Assembly (NCBI RefSeq): GCF_036677185.1 | Contig: NZ_JAKFEN010000027.1 | Span: 94,044-158,043, forward strand | Direction of reading: 5' to 3' | Length of the DNA: 64,000 nucleotides | From: Phenylobacterium sp. | GTDB lineage: Bacteria; Pseudomonadota; Alphaproteobacteria; Caulobacterales; Caulobacteraceae | Part shown: in pieces, positions 25,904-35,100 of the stretch | Position numbering within the stretch: position 1 is the first letter of the stretch | Layout of the letters: each line of letters starts with the position of its first letter | Translations under genes and position numbers: made by a program | Notes under the pieces: model-generated | What the model saw: the letters and a program-made list of their open reading frames with translations, nothing else | Databases searched by the model: none | What the model was told of the DNA's origin: nothing

Positions 25904-28693
25904 CTAACCACCGCTCAGGCGGTTCAGGGCGGCCTGGTAGTTGGCGATCTGGTTGGTCAGATAGGTCGGGACCTTGCCGCCCGACGCCGCGGCGGCGGCC
26001 TTCTGGGCGTCGAGCACGGCCTGCGGCGTCGAGGCGGTCTGCAGGTGCTTATAGGCCGCGCGAACCTGGTTCATGGCCGCGGTCAGCTCGGCCAGGGTGT
26101 GGTTGACCTGTTCCGAGTCCTTGAGATTGAGGTCCGTGGGCAGGCCCAGGCCGAACATCATCGCCTTGCCGTCGGACGGGACGGTCTTGCCGTCCTCGGT
26201 GATGGTGTTGCGGATGATGCCCTCGGTCAGGCCCAGCAGGCTGAGCGCGTCCTTGCCGGTCTTGCCTTCGAACAGCTCGATGGTGGACCGGTCGTTCATC
26301 GGCTTGATCTGCAGGCGGCGCACGCCCTCGACCGTCACGGTCTCGACCTTGGCCTGGAAGCCCAGCGCGCGCTTCAGCTTGGTGGCCAGCGTCGTGAAAG
26401 TCTCGCCGGTCTCGATGGTGATGGTCTTCTTGGCGCCACTGCCGGACAGGACCTGGAACTGGTCGCCCGTGCGCACCGAGCTGAAGGCGCTGACCTGGGC
26501 GGAATCGGTGAAGTCCAGCGTGCCCTTCGGCAGGCCCAGCCGGTCCAGGACCGTTGAGCCCTGGGTGTCGATGGCGATGGCGCTGGGGGCGGCATAGCCC
26601 TCCTTGCCGGTGAACCGCCGCGACCAGTCGATGGCGCCGGTGTCGAGGTCGAGCCGGGTGAGAAAGCCGTCCTTCTTGCCGACCGCCGGCTGGCCCGGCA
26701 GGTCGGTCCCAGCCGAGCCCGCGATCCAGACCTGGCCGCCGGCCACGGCCACGGAGGTCGCCTTGTCGTCGCCGGTCCCGCCGTAATAGGCCAGCCGATC
26801 GGCGCCGCTGGCGCCGAGGCCGGCGTCCAGCCGCGCGGCGAAGGCGTCCGTGCCGCCCGCCAGGGCCCGCGTGATGGTTCCGGCCGAGAGCGCGCCGTTC
26901 TTGGTGGTGCCGGCCACGACGACCTGGCCGCCGTCGATGCCGAGCCCCGTCAGCTCCCCGCCCTGCAGATCGCCCAGATCGCGGGTGGCGGTGAGCGACG
27001 GCGTGGCCGTCGAGACGTCGAAGCGGCGCAGCACGGCGCGGCCGTTCTCGTTGGAAGCCACCACCAGCGACGTACCGTCGACCACCAGGCCCGCGGGCTT
27101 GTCGGCGCCGGTGGAGCCGAAGGCCTGGGTGAACACGGTCGAGACCTTGCCGGCGGCGTCGGCCTTGAAGGCTTCGACATACCCGTCCCAGTCGCCGATC
27201 GCCGTCGTCCCCGGCATGGTCGACTTGGACCGCCCGGCGACATAGACCGTGCCGTCGGCGGCGAAGGCGAGATTGGTCGCCTCGTCCGCCTGACGAGCGC
27301 CGCGACGCTGGGTCCACACCTCCTGGCCGTCGGCGTCGAACAGGGTGACGAAGCTGTCGGAATTGGTGGCGAAACTGCCGGTGGCGCCGGAATTGAGCGG
27401 GCCGTCGGTCGCCCCCTCCAGGCCGCCGGTCACCGAGCCGGCGATGGCGATCTTGCCGTCCGCCGAGACGGCCAGCGCCATGCCAGTGGCCTGGTCGGCC
27501 GCGCCGAGGGTGCGAGTGTAGAGCAGCTTGCCCGCCGAATCGTACTTCATCAGGGCGACGTCCTTGGCGCCCTTGATCTCCTGACCCGAGACCGCGGCGT
27601 CGACATCGGCCAGGACATAGACCGCGCCGTCAGGCCCGACCGTCGTGGCGCGCACGTTCTGCACCGACTTGGCGAGATCCTCCGCCCAGGCTCGGCCGTC
27701 GACCCAATTGGCCCCGTCGTCCTGCGGCGGGGTCGGGACGGAGGTGGTGTCGGTCTGGAATTTCAGCAGCTGGCGGTTGGTGACGCCGTCATTGGTGGTG
27801 GTCTTGCCGTCGGGATTGGGGTCGCCGACGCTCTGGGCCACATAGACCGAACCCGCGGTGCTCGGCGCGCCGAAGGTGACGGTTTCGCCGGAGTCGACCT
27901 TGACCTTCAGCGCCCAGGAATCCTGGGTGGCCGGAAGGGTGACGGGCTTGCCGCCCACGGTGATGGTGCGCGGCTCGCCGGGGACCCGCTGGCTGGCGAA
28001 GCGGGTCTCGAGGCCGTCAGCGGCCAGCTTGCCGTTGATGTGCGCCAGGACGTTGGTCAGGGTCCGTGGCGTCGCGCCCATGTCGTTGAGGTCGATCGCC
28101 ACATTATGAGTCACGTTCACGCGCTTGATAGACATCGTGAATTTGACATCGCCAGCGAAGGCCGGAACGACGGTGGAGCTGTCGCCCTTCAGCAGAGCCA
28201 CGCCGCCGAGATACTCTTCCTTGGCGACCGGGGCGCCGATCTTGGTCTTCGCCACCGTCATCAGCTCGCCGCGGTTCAAGCGGATCTGGTCGAACTCCGC
28301 GCTGTCGGCATAGGCGGTGATCTCGGCCAGACCCTTGGTGAAGATCTGCTGGATGCGGTTCTTCTCGGTCGAGGTCAGGTTCTTGCCGTTCATCCGCTCG
28401 GCCACGCCGTTCAGAGTGCTTAGTCCCTGATAGAGCGCGAAGAGCTTGCGGTAGTCGGCGCTCGCGCCCGGCAGGTCGAGCTTGGCGGCGCTCTCGTCCA
28501 CCAGCTTCTTGCCGAGCATGGCGCTCTTCACCGCCTCGGAGACCTGCTCGTCGATCTTGGTGTTGGTGATCGACCAGGGGGCGGTCGGCGCATACTTCTT
28601 GCCCAGCAGCGCGGACGTGCTCGAGGCCCCCGTCCCGCCGTAGCGCGACTGGTAGTAGCTGGTCAGCAGATTGGTGTCGAAGCTGATCGCCAT
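25904..28693 (-). CDS. Large flagellar-locus protein, FlaEY-like, with beta-propeller-type repeats and axial-protein-like termini
   Basis: 929 aa with no Sec signal. The N-terminus MAISFDTNLL.. and C-terminus ..TYLTNQIANYQAALNRLSGG resemble flagellar axial-protein ends. The centre has repeated D-G-x-[VI]-x-[VI]-A-G-[ST] units (ADGKIAIAGSV, ADGTVYVAGRS, DGGQVVVAGTT, AGGQVWIAGSA). Its size and its position next to the flagellin genes match my memory of the Caulobacter FlaEY regulatory protein. Homology is not verified. Confidence 0.55.
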   Translation of the reverse strand: MAISFDTNLLTSYYQSRYGGTGASSTSALLGKKYAPTAPWSITNTKIDEQVSEAVKSAMLGKKLVDESAAKLDLPGASADYRKLFALYQGLSTLNGVAERMNGKNLTSTEKNRIQQIFTKGLAEITAYADSAEFDQIRLNRGELMTVAKTKIGAPVAKEEYLGGVALLKGDSSTVVPAFAGDVKFTMSIKRVNVTHNVAIDLNDMGATPRTLTNVLAHINGKLAADGLETRFASQRVPGEPRTITVGGKPVTLPATQDSWALKVKVDSGETVTFGAPSTAGSVYVAQSVGDPNPDGKTTTNDGVTNRQLLKFQTDTTSVPTPPQDDGANWVDGRAWAEDLAKSVQNVRATTVGPDGAVYVLADVDAAVSGQEIKGAKDVALMKYDSAGKLLYTRTLGAADQATGMALAVSADGKIAIAGSVTGGLEGATDGPLNSGATGSFATNSDSFVTLFDADGQEVWTQRRGARQADEATNLAFAADGTVYVAGRSKSTMPGTTAIGDWDGYVEAFKADAAGKVSTVFTQAFGSTGADKPAGLVVDGTSLVVASNENGRAVLRRFDVSTATPSLTATRDLGDLQGGELTGLGIDGGQVVVAGTTKNGALSAGTITRALAGGTDAFAARLDAGLGASGADRLAYYGGTGDDKATSVAVAGGQVWIAGSAGTDLPGQPAVGKKDGFLTRLDLDTGAIDWSRRFTGKEGYAAPSAIAIDTQGSTVLDRLGLPKGTLDFTDSAQVSAFSSVRTGDQFQVLSGSGAKKTITIETGETFTTLATKLKRALGFQAKVETVTVEGVRRLQIKPMNDRSTIELFEGKTGKDALSLLGLTEGIIRNTITEDGKTVPSDGKAMMFGLGLPTDLNLKDSEQVNHTLAELTAAMNQVRAAYKHLQTASTPQAVLDAQKAAAAASGGKVPTYLTNQIANYQAALNRLSGG

Positions 28694-28780
28694 GGTTCGC
28701 CGTCCGCGGGCGCAGTCCCGCCACCCGACCTTGGCCTCGGAAGCCCTGCCAAGGCGTTAAGACCTAAGGTGAATCCCTTG

Positions 28781-28811
28781 AATCAAAAGGCCTGGGCGAT
28801 CCGCCCAGGCC
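28781..28811 (-). terminator. Rho-independent terminator after flagellin gene 1
   Basis: The minus strand reads GGCCTGGGCGgatCGCCCAGGCC followed by TTTTGATT, 26 nt after the stop codon. Confidence 0.65.
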
Positions 28812-28836
28812 CTTCGACGCCCCAACGAAACGGGTC

Positions 28837-29670
28837 TTAGCCCTTGAAGAGCTGCAGCACGATCTGCGGGGCCTGATTGGCGATGGAGAGCGCCTGGGCG
28901 CCCAGCTGCTGCTGCACCTGCAGCGCCTGGAGCCGCGCGCTTTCCTTGGCCAGATCGGCGTCCACCAGGTTGCCGACCCCGGCCTGCAGCACGTCCTGCA
29001 GCTTGCCGACGAACTTGTTGTGCGCCTCGATCTGCTTGGCCTGGGCGCCCAGATTGCCCAGGGCCTGGTTGACGTTGGTCATCGAAGCGGTGAGATCGAC
29101 CAGAGCCGCCGCGGCCAGGGTCACCGTGCCGATCGACGCCGTCGAGGCGATGGTTATGATGCCGCCGCCCAAGGTCATGTTCTGGGTCGAGAGCGTGATG
29201 TAGGCGTTGGCGTCGGCGTTAGCCAGGAAGCGGATGCTGCCGGCGATCGAGCCGTTCATGATATTGGCGCCGTCGAACTCCGAATTGGAGACGACCTGGC
29301 CGATCTGACGCAGGATGGACTTGAAGTCGGCGTTCAGCGCGCCGCGCGAGGTGGCGTCCAGGGAGGTGTCCTGGGCGGCGACCACCTTCTCCTTGAGCTG
29401 CACCAGCAGGTCGGAGACCGACTCGCCGGCCGACATGGAGACCTCGGCGATGGACTGGGCGCGGTTAAGACTCATGGTCACCGCGGAGAGCGCGCCGATG
29501 TCGGCGCGCTGGCCCTGGGCGATGGACCAGACCGAGGCGTTGTCCTTGGCGTTGCCGATCTTCAGACCGGTGTTGATGCGGTTCTGGGTGTCCGCCAGTT
29601 GATCGTTGGTTTTGTTGAGGTTCTGGAGGGCTGTCAGGGCCGACTTATTGGTGTGCACGCTGATCGACAT
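28837..29670 (-). CDS. Flagellin (copy 1, divergent paralogue)
   Basis: The ATG at 29670 gives MSISVHTNKSALTALQNLNKTNDQLADTQNRINTGLKI.. and ends ..[31 protein letters not shown]. These are typical short (about 277 aa) Caulobacter-type flagellin termini. Confidence 0.9.
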   Translation of the reverse strand: MSISVHTNKSALTALQNLNKTNDQLADTQNRINTGLKIGNAKDNASVWSIAQGQRADIGALSAVTMSLNRAQSIAEVSMSAGESVSDLLVQLKEKVVAAQDTSLDATSRGALNADFKSILRQIGQVVSNSEFDGANIMNGSIAGSIRFLANADANAYITLSTQNMTLGGGIITIASTASIGTVTLAAAALVDLTASMTNVNQALGNLGAQAKQIEAHNKFVGKLQDVLQAGVGNLVDADLAKESARLQALQVQQQLGAQALSIANQAPQIVLQLFKG

Positions 29671-29859
29671 GACCTGCTCTCCTCTAGAACGGTCCCCCAA
29701 TCGGCGTTTTGCGACTCGCCGGGGACAGCTCTTTCCGGGGCAGAAGCTATGGAATCATGGTGTCCAGAAAGTTAACGACCCAAATGGCCGCAGCCGCCGA
29801 CCGGTCTGCCCGGGGCGGTTGGAAAGCTTGGCGGACCGGCGCGAAGGGCCGGTCGGGGA

Positions 29860-30150
29860 TCAGGCGCTGGCGCTGATGACCGCGCCTGCCTCGTAGTCGG
29901 TCTCCTCGCGCATCCTCAGGATCTCCTCGCGGGGAAATTGCGCGACGACTTCGCCGGTGCGCCGGTCGATCGTCTTGTAGACGTACGAGCCGCCGCCCTC
30001 TTCGATGACCAGCCGCAGATCGGCCGCGTCTGGGGTCATCTCGACGGGCTCCTTGGCCGCGACGCCCGGATCTGGCGTGGGGCGACGGGCCGCCGCTTGG
30101 TTGAGCGTCGGGTCGGTTACCGAGGTGATTGCGGCAAGTTTGTTTTCCAT
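29860..30150 (-). CDS. flaG: FlaG family flagellar protein
   Basis: 96 aa. ..DLRLVIEEGGGSYVYKTIDRRTGEVVAQFPREEILRMRE.. matches the FlaG signature (xYVYKxxDxxTGEVxxQxP). Confidence 0.8.
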   Translation of the reverse strand: MENKLAAITSVTDPTLNQAAARRPTPDPGVAAKEPVEMTPDAADLRLVIEEGGGSYVYKTIDRRTGEVVAQFPREEILRMREETDYEAGAVISASA

Positions 30151-30271
30151 TTCTCCGTGCGCCGGCGCCGGTCAGGCGTTCGACGTCCCTGTTGAACCGT
30201 GAAGCGGCGGGAAGGTCCCCCTCCCCGCCGCCCACAGTCACCGCGGGGCGAAGGCCCCGCGGCCGTGCGTC

Positions 30272-31099
30272 CTATCGGAAGAGACCGAGAAGCTGCGACG
30301 AACCCTGGTTGGCGATGGACAGGGCCTGGATCCCCAGCTGCTGCTTGGTTTGCAGCGACTGCAGACGGGCGCTTTCCTTGGCCAGGTCGGCGTCGACGAG
30401 GTTACCCACGCCGGCGTCGATCGAGTCCTGGAGCTTGTTGGTGAAGTCCAGGTGGGCGCCAATCGACTTGGAGCCGGTGCCGAACTTCGACAGAGCGGTC
30501 GACACGTTGGTGATCGAAGTCTTGATGGTCGCGATCATGGCCGTGGCCGTGGTCACGGTGCCGATCGTGGCCGCCGCGCCGACGGTGACATTGCTGCCGC
30601 CGAGGGCCAGGCTCTGCGCCGCGACCGTGATCTTCGAGGTGCCGTCGGCGTTGGCGAGAGCCGCCATCGTCGCGCCACCGGTCTTGATCATGTTCGCGCC
30701 GTTGAACTCGGCGTTGTTCACGGCCTTGGAGATCTGGTCGCGCAGGGCCTTGAAGTCTTCGTTCAGGGCCGTCCGCGACGAGGCGTCGAGGGTCGTGTCA
30801 GAAGCCGCCAGGGCCTTCTCTTTCATTTGAACGAGCAGGTCGGAGACGGATTCACCCGCCGACATGGCGACGTCGATCGTCGAAGCAGTACGCTGCAGCG
30901 AGTCACGGACGGCGTTCAGCGAGCTGGAAGTCGCGCGTTGGTTTTGCGCGATGGCCCAGATAGCGCCGTTGTCCTTGGCGGAGGAGACTTTCTTGCCGGT
31001 GTTGATCCGGCCTTGAACCTGCTGCAGCTCGGAATTGGTGCTGTTCAGGTTCTGCAGCGCAACCATGGCGCCGACATTGGTATTGACGGAATTGCCCAT
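30272..31099 (-). CDS. Flagellin (copy 2)
   Basis: The ATG at 31099 gives [52 protein letters not shown].. and ends ..[30 protein letters not shown]. It is near-identical to copy 3. Confidence 0.9.
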   Translation of the reverse strand: MGNSVNTNVGAMVALQNLNSTNSELQQVQGRINTGKKVSSAKDNGAIWAIAQNQRATSSSLNAVRDSLQRTASTIDVAMSAGESVSDLLVQMKEKALAASDTTLDASSRTALNEDFKALRDQISKAVNNAEFNGANMIKTGGATMAALANADGTSKITVAAQSLALGGSNVTVGAAATIGTVTTATAMIATIKTSITNVSTALSKFGTGSKSIGAHLDFTNKLQDSIDAGVGNLVDADLAKESARLQSLQTKQQLGIQALSIANQGSSQLLGLFR

Positions 31100-31171
31100 C
31101 AATTCGTTCCTTTTTCTCAGGTCGCCGACGTCATTTTGACTGCCGGGAGCTTTTTGCTCAGGAACGACCGC

Positions 31172-31187
31172 TGCAATGAACAAGCCA
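31172..31187 (-). promoter_or_regulatory. Sigma54 (-24/-12) promoter of flagellin copy 2
   Basis: The minus strand reads TGGCTTgttcaTTGCA (consensus TGGCAC-N5-TTGCW), about 73 nt upstream of the ATG. An IHF-like site, AATCAATAACTTG, lies at 31212..31226. Confidence 0.6.
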
Positions 31188-31260
31188 ATAGGCGTGCGTC
31201 ATCGCAACGATTCAAGTTATTGATTTATCGAAGTTATACCCTTGTTAGGGACGTTTTCGG

Positions 31261-31306
31261 CCGGCAAGATTTGCCTAGCCTGGCGTTGCGCGGGCAGAAA
31301 TTGCCG
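31261..31306. promoter_or_regulatory. Pair of GGCAR-N3-YTGCC dyads (putative FlbD/ftr-type enhancer) upstream of flagellin copy 2
   Basis: GGCAAGATTTGCC (31263-31275) and GGCAGAAATTGCC (31293-31305) are spaced 30 nt apart. They lie about 90-130 nt upstream of the sigma54 promoter. Confidence 0.4.
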
Positions 31307-31347
31307 ACCTCATGCGGCAAACGGCGCCCAGCGATTCAAAGAGCTCG

Positions 31348-31373
31348 CCGGGCGGGTCCGAAGACCCGCCCGG
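31348..31373 (-). terminator. Terminator hairpin after flagellin copy 3
   Basis: The minus strand reads CCGGGCGGGTCttcgGACCCGCCCGG followed by cgagcTCTTTg, 11 nt after the stop. The U-tract is weak. Confidence 0.55.
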
Positions 31374-31383
31374 CGCCGCGACA

Positions 31384-32214
31384 TTAGCGGAAGAGCGAAA
31401 GAACTTGCGACGAACCCTGGTTGGCGATGGACAGCGCCTGGATGCCGAGTTGCTGCTTGGTCTGCAGCGACTGGAGCTTGGCGCTTTCCTTGGCCAGGTC
31501 GGCGTCGACGAGGTTACCCACGCCGGCGTCGATCGAGTCCTGGAGCTTGTTGGTGAAGTCCAGGTGCGCGGCGATCGACTTGGAGCCGGTGCCGAACTTC
31601 GACAGAGCGGTAGACACGTTGGTGATCGACGTCTTGATCGTCGCGATCATGGCCGTGGCCGTGGTCACGGTGCCGATCGAGGTCGCCGCGCCGACAGTGA
31701 CGTTGGCGCCGCCGAGAGCCAGGCTCTGCGCCGCGACCGTGATCTTCGAGGTGCCGTCGGCGTTGGCGAGAGCCGCCATCGTCGCGCCACCGGTCTTGAT
31801 CATGTTCGCGCCGTTGAACTCGGCGTTGTTCACCGCCTTGGCGATCTGGTCGCGCAGGGCCTTGAAGTCTTCGTTCAGGGCCGTCCGCGACGAGGCGTCG
31901 AGGGTCGTGTCAGAAGCCGCTAGTGCTTTCTCCTTCATCTGGACGAGCAGGTCCGAAACCGATTCCCCCGCCGACATGGCCACGTCGATCGTCGAAGCAG
32001 TACGCTGCAGCGAGTCACGGACGGCGTTCAGCGAACTGGAAGTCGCGCGTTGGTTTTGCGCGATGGCCCAGATGGCTCCGTTTTCTTTCGCGGACGAGAC
32101 TTTCTTGCCCGTATTGATCCGCGTTTGGACCTGCGACAGCTCCGCATTCGTCGCGTTGAGGTTTTGCAGGGCGACCATCGCGCCCACGTTGGTGTTGACG
32201 GAATTCATAGCCAT
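31384..32214 (-). CDS. Flagellin (copy 3)
   Basis: 276 aa: [53 protein letters not shown].. ending ..[30 protein letters not shown]. Confidence 0.92.
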   Translation of the reverse strand: MAMNSVNTNVGAMVALQNLNATNAELSQVQTRINTGKKVSSAKENGAIWAIAQNQRATSSSLNAVRDSLQRTASTIDVAMSAGESVSDLLVQMKEKALAASDTTLDASSRTALNEDFKALRDQIAKAVNNAEFNGANMIKTGGATMAALANADGTSKITVAAQSLALGGANVTVGAATSIGTVTTATAMIATIKTSITNVSTALSKFGTGSKSIAAHLDFTNKLQDSIDAGVGNLVDADLAKESAKLQSLQTKQQLGIQALSIANQGSSQVLSLFR

Positions 32215-32292
32215 TTTAGTACCCTTCCATTCTGGTCGGAGGTGTTGCGGCCGTTTTGGCCGTGGAGCGCATTTTCGCTCTCCGTTAACCGT

Positions 32293-32308
32293 AGCAAGGC
32301 GCGGGCCA
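32293..32308 (-). promoter_or_regulatory. Sigma54 (-24/-12) promoter of flagellin copy 3
   Basis: The minus strand reads TGGCCCgcgccTTGCT, about 79 nt upstream of the ATG. An IHF-like site, AAATCAATAGGTTC, lies at 32332..32345. Confidence 0.65.
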
Positions 32309-32409
32309 GCCCGGCCACTTTTCGGACCAACGAACCTATTGATTTAGCTATCTATTCCGAGCCCGCCGGCGGCGCGATCGGCAGGCTTGACCATGCGAAC
32401 TTGCCGATG

Positions 32410-32445
32410 GGCAGCGCCTGCCGAACAGCCTCGGCAGTATCTGCC
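32410..32445. promoter_or_regulatory. Two perfect GGCAG-N3-CTGCC dyads (putative enhancer) upstream of flagellin copy 3
   Basis: GGCAGCGCCTGCC (32410-32422) and GGCAGTATCTGCC (32433-32445) have centres 23 nt apart. They lie about 100-150 nt upstream of the sigma54 promoter. Confidence 0.45.
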
Positions 32446-32511
32446 GCCGCAAACGAAAACGCCGGATCGAGGCCCGATCCGGCGGTCAGACTATCTCGAT
32501 GTGAAGGGGCC

Positions 32512-32880
32512 TCAGGCGGCTTCGGCGACCGCGCCGCTCAGGCCCTGCATGATCGCGCGATTGACGTCGATCAGGGCCTGGATGTCGTCGTCCTCGCGAC
32601 GGATCACCATGCTAGTGTACTTCCCCACCCAGATACTGATCGAGATGATCTGGGCCTTCAGGGCGGCCGGAAGCGCGTTCTCGGGCTCGGCCACGATGCC
32701 GGCCAGGGTCGCCCATAGCCGACGATTCCAGTCCAGGGCGTCGGCGCGGGCCGACACCTCGCTGGGGTCGAGGGCCGCGGCCTCCATCAGGGCGCGCGTC
32801 ACCTGGCCGAACAGCCGGTACTCCAGCTCGCGGCCGGACTCGCCCCTAGCCGCGGTCTGCTGGTACGCCCGAAGCGACAT
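32512..32880 (-). CDS. flaF: Flagellar biosynthesis regulator FlaF
   Basis: 122 aa: MSLRAYQQTAARGESGRELEYRLFGQVTRALMEA......ADALDWNRRLWATL.......NALPAALKAQIISISIWVGKYT.., the FlaF family pattern. Confidence 0.85.
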   Translation of the reverse strand: MSLRAYQQTAARGESGRELEYRLFGQVTRALMEAAALDPSEVSARADALDWNRRLWATLAGIVAEPENALPAALKAQIISISIWVGKYTSMVIRREDDDIQALIDVNRAIMQGLSGAVAEAA

Positions 32881-33265
32881 TCCCCAACCTTTCGTCTTCG
32901 TATTCGATCAGCTTCCGGCAAAGCATGAGCGCCTTGTAGTACTCGCGCGCCATGCATTGCTTGGAGATGTTCACGCAGTCGGCCAGCACCGGAGGGTTCT
33001 TGATGACCCCCATGAACTCGGTGAGCCGCCGCACGAATTCGTCATAGTAGCGCTCGGCCCCGGCCTCATCGAGGTACATCATCATCACCGGAAAATAGAT
33101 CCGGCGGGCCGGCGAGGTGACCTCGTCTTCCTGCATGATGTCCTTCTCACGAAGGACCGAAGCCTTGTTCTGGAGAATCAGCACGCCGCGCCGGTCGCCG
33201 TTCTGGACGACCGCGCCGTTGAGCACGAACTTTTCGCCCGGCTTCAGCGACAGTTTAAGCGGCAA
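32846..33265 (-). CDS. flbT: Flagellin translational repressor FlbT
   Basis: 139 aa: MPLKLSLKPGEKFVLNGAVVQNGDRRGVLILQNKASVLREKDIMQ..ARRIYFPVMMMYLD.., the canonical FlbT N-terminus. It overlaps flaF by 35 nt. Confidence 0.9.
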   Translation of the reverse strand: MPLKLSLKPGEKFVLNGAVVQNGDRRGVLILQNKASVLREKDIMQEDEVTSPARRIYFPVMMMYLDEAGAERYYDEFVRRLTEFMGVIKNPPVLADCVNISKQCMAREYYKALMLCRKLIEYEDERLGNVASGVPADRG

Positions 33266-33530
33266 GGCCCGTCCCCCCGAATTGACCTGCGTCGGACCGA
33301 CGCGAGCTACCCGTTCCGATCCTGTCCCGGATCGATTCCAACCCCGGACCCGTCACGCTTACCGAGCGCGAGTTAACGACCTCTTGCGGGGGGCGTGACG
33401 CAATGCCGCATCATACCCCAGGCCCAGGTCAAAGGTTAGCGCCGCGGCTGAACCCGGGAACGCCGGGCGCCGTGGAACGGTTAGTCCTGTCGAGGGGCGT
33501 CACCCGGCGCCCGTGGCGAGGAGCGACCCG

Positions 33531-34007
33531 ATGCCCGGACCCGAGATCGGCGACGGCTATGACGAACAGGACGGCGCCGAGACCTATGACGAGAGCAATC
33601 TCGACGACCACGAGGGGCTCAATGAGATGCGCACCTTCGAGGAACTACCCGACCTGCTCGATGTCACCAGCGCCCGGGGTGATCGCGACGAGGACGAGGC
33701 CCTGGCCCTCGACGCCGACGAATTCGACGAGGACGCCTTCACGGACTCCGACCTCGAGGATGACGACGAACTCCACTACCGCGCGGTCGCCGGCGACGAG
33801 GACGAAGACGAGGACGCCTTCGACGAGGATCAGGTCGATCCTGACTCCATCGACGGCCTTGAGGAGGTCGGTGACGCCGCGCTGGTCAGCGGGGGCGAGG
33901 ATGACTTCACCAACTTCCAGTCCAAGGGCCTAAGCGACGAGGATCTCGACCACATGGGCTATGCCCGCCAGCCCGCCTCGACGCAGGATTCAGCGCGCAA
34001 GGACTAG
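33531..34007 (+). CDS. Highly acidic (Asp/Glu-rich) hypothetical protein
   Basis: The ATG at 33531 is preceded by GAGGAG-N7, whereas the ORF track starts at the GTG at 33513. About 158 aa dominated by D/E runs (DEDEALALDADEFDEDAFTDSDLEDDDE..DEDEDEDAFDEDQVD). The correct frame is supported by third-position GC bias. I recognise no family. Confidence 0.55.
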   Translation: MPGPEIGDGYDEQDGAETYDESNLDDHEGLNEMRTFEELPDLLDVTSARGDRDEDEALALDADEFDEDAFTDSDLEDDDELHYRAVAGDEDEDEDAFDEDQVDPDSIDGLEEVGDAALVSGGEDDFTNFQSKGLSDEDLDHMGYARQPASTQDSARKD

Positions 34008-34150
34008 GCGTCGACCGAGCGTTTTACGCCCACAGAACGGCCCGCGACGCTCAAGCCGCTTGAATGTCGCGCGACTGGCTTTAGTTTGTCCCCAGTTGAA
34101 ACATTTGTTCGAAAGCGGGCGCATTCTACGCTCGCCCCTGGGGACCCCGC

Positions 34151-35023
34151 ATGAGCCAGCGTTTTGAAGGCACCAAAGATTACGTCGCCACCGAGGATTT
34201 GAAGGTCGCCGTCAACGCCGCCGTGGCGCTGGAACGGCCGTTGCTGATCAAGGGCGAACCGGGCACGGGCAAGACCGTGTTGGCCTATGAGATCGCCAAG
34301 GCGCTGAACGCCGAGCTGATCACCTGGCACATCAAGTCGACCACCAAGGCCCACCAGGGCCTCTACGAATATGACGCCGTCACCCGCCTGCGCGACAGTC
34401 AGCTGGGCGACGAGCGGGTCAAGGACGTTAAGAACTACATCAAGAAGGGCAAGCTCTGGGAGGCCTTCACCTCCGACAAGCGCCCCGTCCTGCTGATCGA
34501 CGAGATCGACAAGGCCGACATCGAGTTCCCGAACGACCTCCTGCAGGAGCTCGATCGGATGGAATTCTACGTCTATGAGACCAATGAGACGATCAAGGCC
34601 GAGGTTCGGCCGATCGTGATCATCACCTCCAACAATGAGAAGGAGCTGCCGGACGCCTTCCTGCGCCGCTGCTTCTTCCACTACATCCGCTTCCCGGAAG
34701 CCGAGACGATGAACGAGATCGTCGAGGTCCACTATCCGGGCATCAAGCAGAAGCTGGTCGCCGAGGCGCTGCGCATCTTCTACGACATGCGCAAGGTGCC
34801 GGGCCTGAAGAAGAAGCCCTCCACCTCCGAGCTTCTCGACTGGTTGAAGCTGCTGATGGTCGAGGATATCGACGAGAACGCGCTGAAGGAACGCGATCCC
34901 ACCAAGTTGATCCCGCCCCTGCACGGCGCCCTGCTCAAGAACGAGCAGGACGTTCACCTGTTCGAGCGCCTCGCCTTCCTGGCGCGACGCGAGGGCGCAG
35001 GCTCGCGGCCGGGCCAACAGTAG
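34151..35023 (+). CDS. MoxR-like AAA+ ATPase
   Basis: 290 aa with Walker A GEPGTGKT and Walker B LLIDEIDKA. The typical MoxR segments ..YEYDAVTRLRDSQL.. and ..VIITSNNEKELPDAFLRRCFFHYI.FP are present. Confidence 0.9.
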   Translation: MSQRFEGTKDYVATEDLKVAVNAAVALERPLLIKGEPGTGKTVLAYEIAKALNAELITWHIKSTTKAHQGLYEYDAVTRLRDSQLGDERVKDVKNYIKKGKLWEAFTSDKRPVLLIDEIDKADIEFPNDLLQELDRMEFYVYETNETIKAEVRPIVIITSNNEKELPDAFLRRCFFHYIRFPEAETMNEIVEVHYPGIKQKLVAEALRIFYDMRKVPGLKKKPSTSELLDWLKLLMVEDIDENALKERDPTKLIPPLHGALLKNEQDVHLFERLAFLARREGAGSRPGQQ

Positions 35024-35100
35024 CCGTTACGGCGAATTCACTCGACCAATCAAGGCGCTCCGGTCAGGTTCCCTGGCGAACGGACCGGAGTGAGACGTCC

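Noticed and set aside
24604-26106. 500-aa + strand ORF spanning the ssb upstream region, two small genes and the 3' end of the FlaEY-like gene.
   Set aside because: It crosses three independently supported minus-strand genes and an intergenic promoter region. Its composition is Arg/Gly-rich nonsense.
29671-29860. Sigma54 promoter for flagellin copy 1 (e.g. TGGACAccatgATTCC).
   Set aside because: The -12 element lacks the GC/TTGC core and no dyad enhancer pair is present, so no promoter is claimed.
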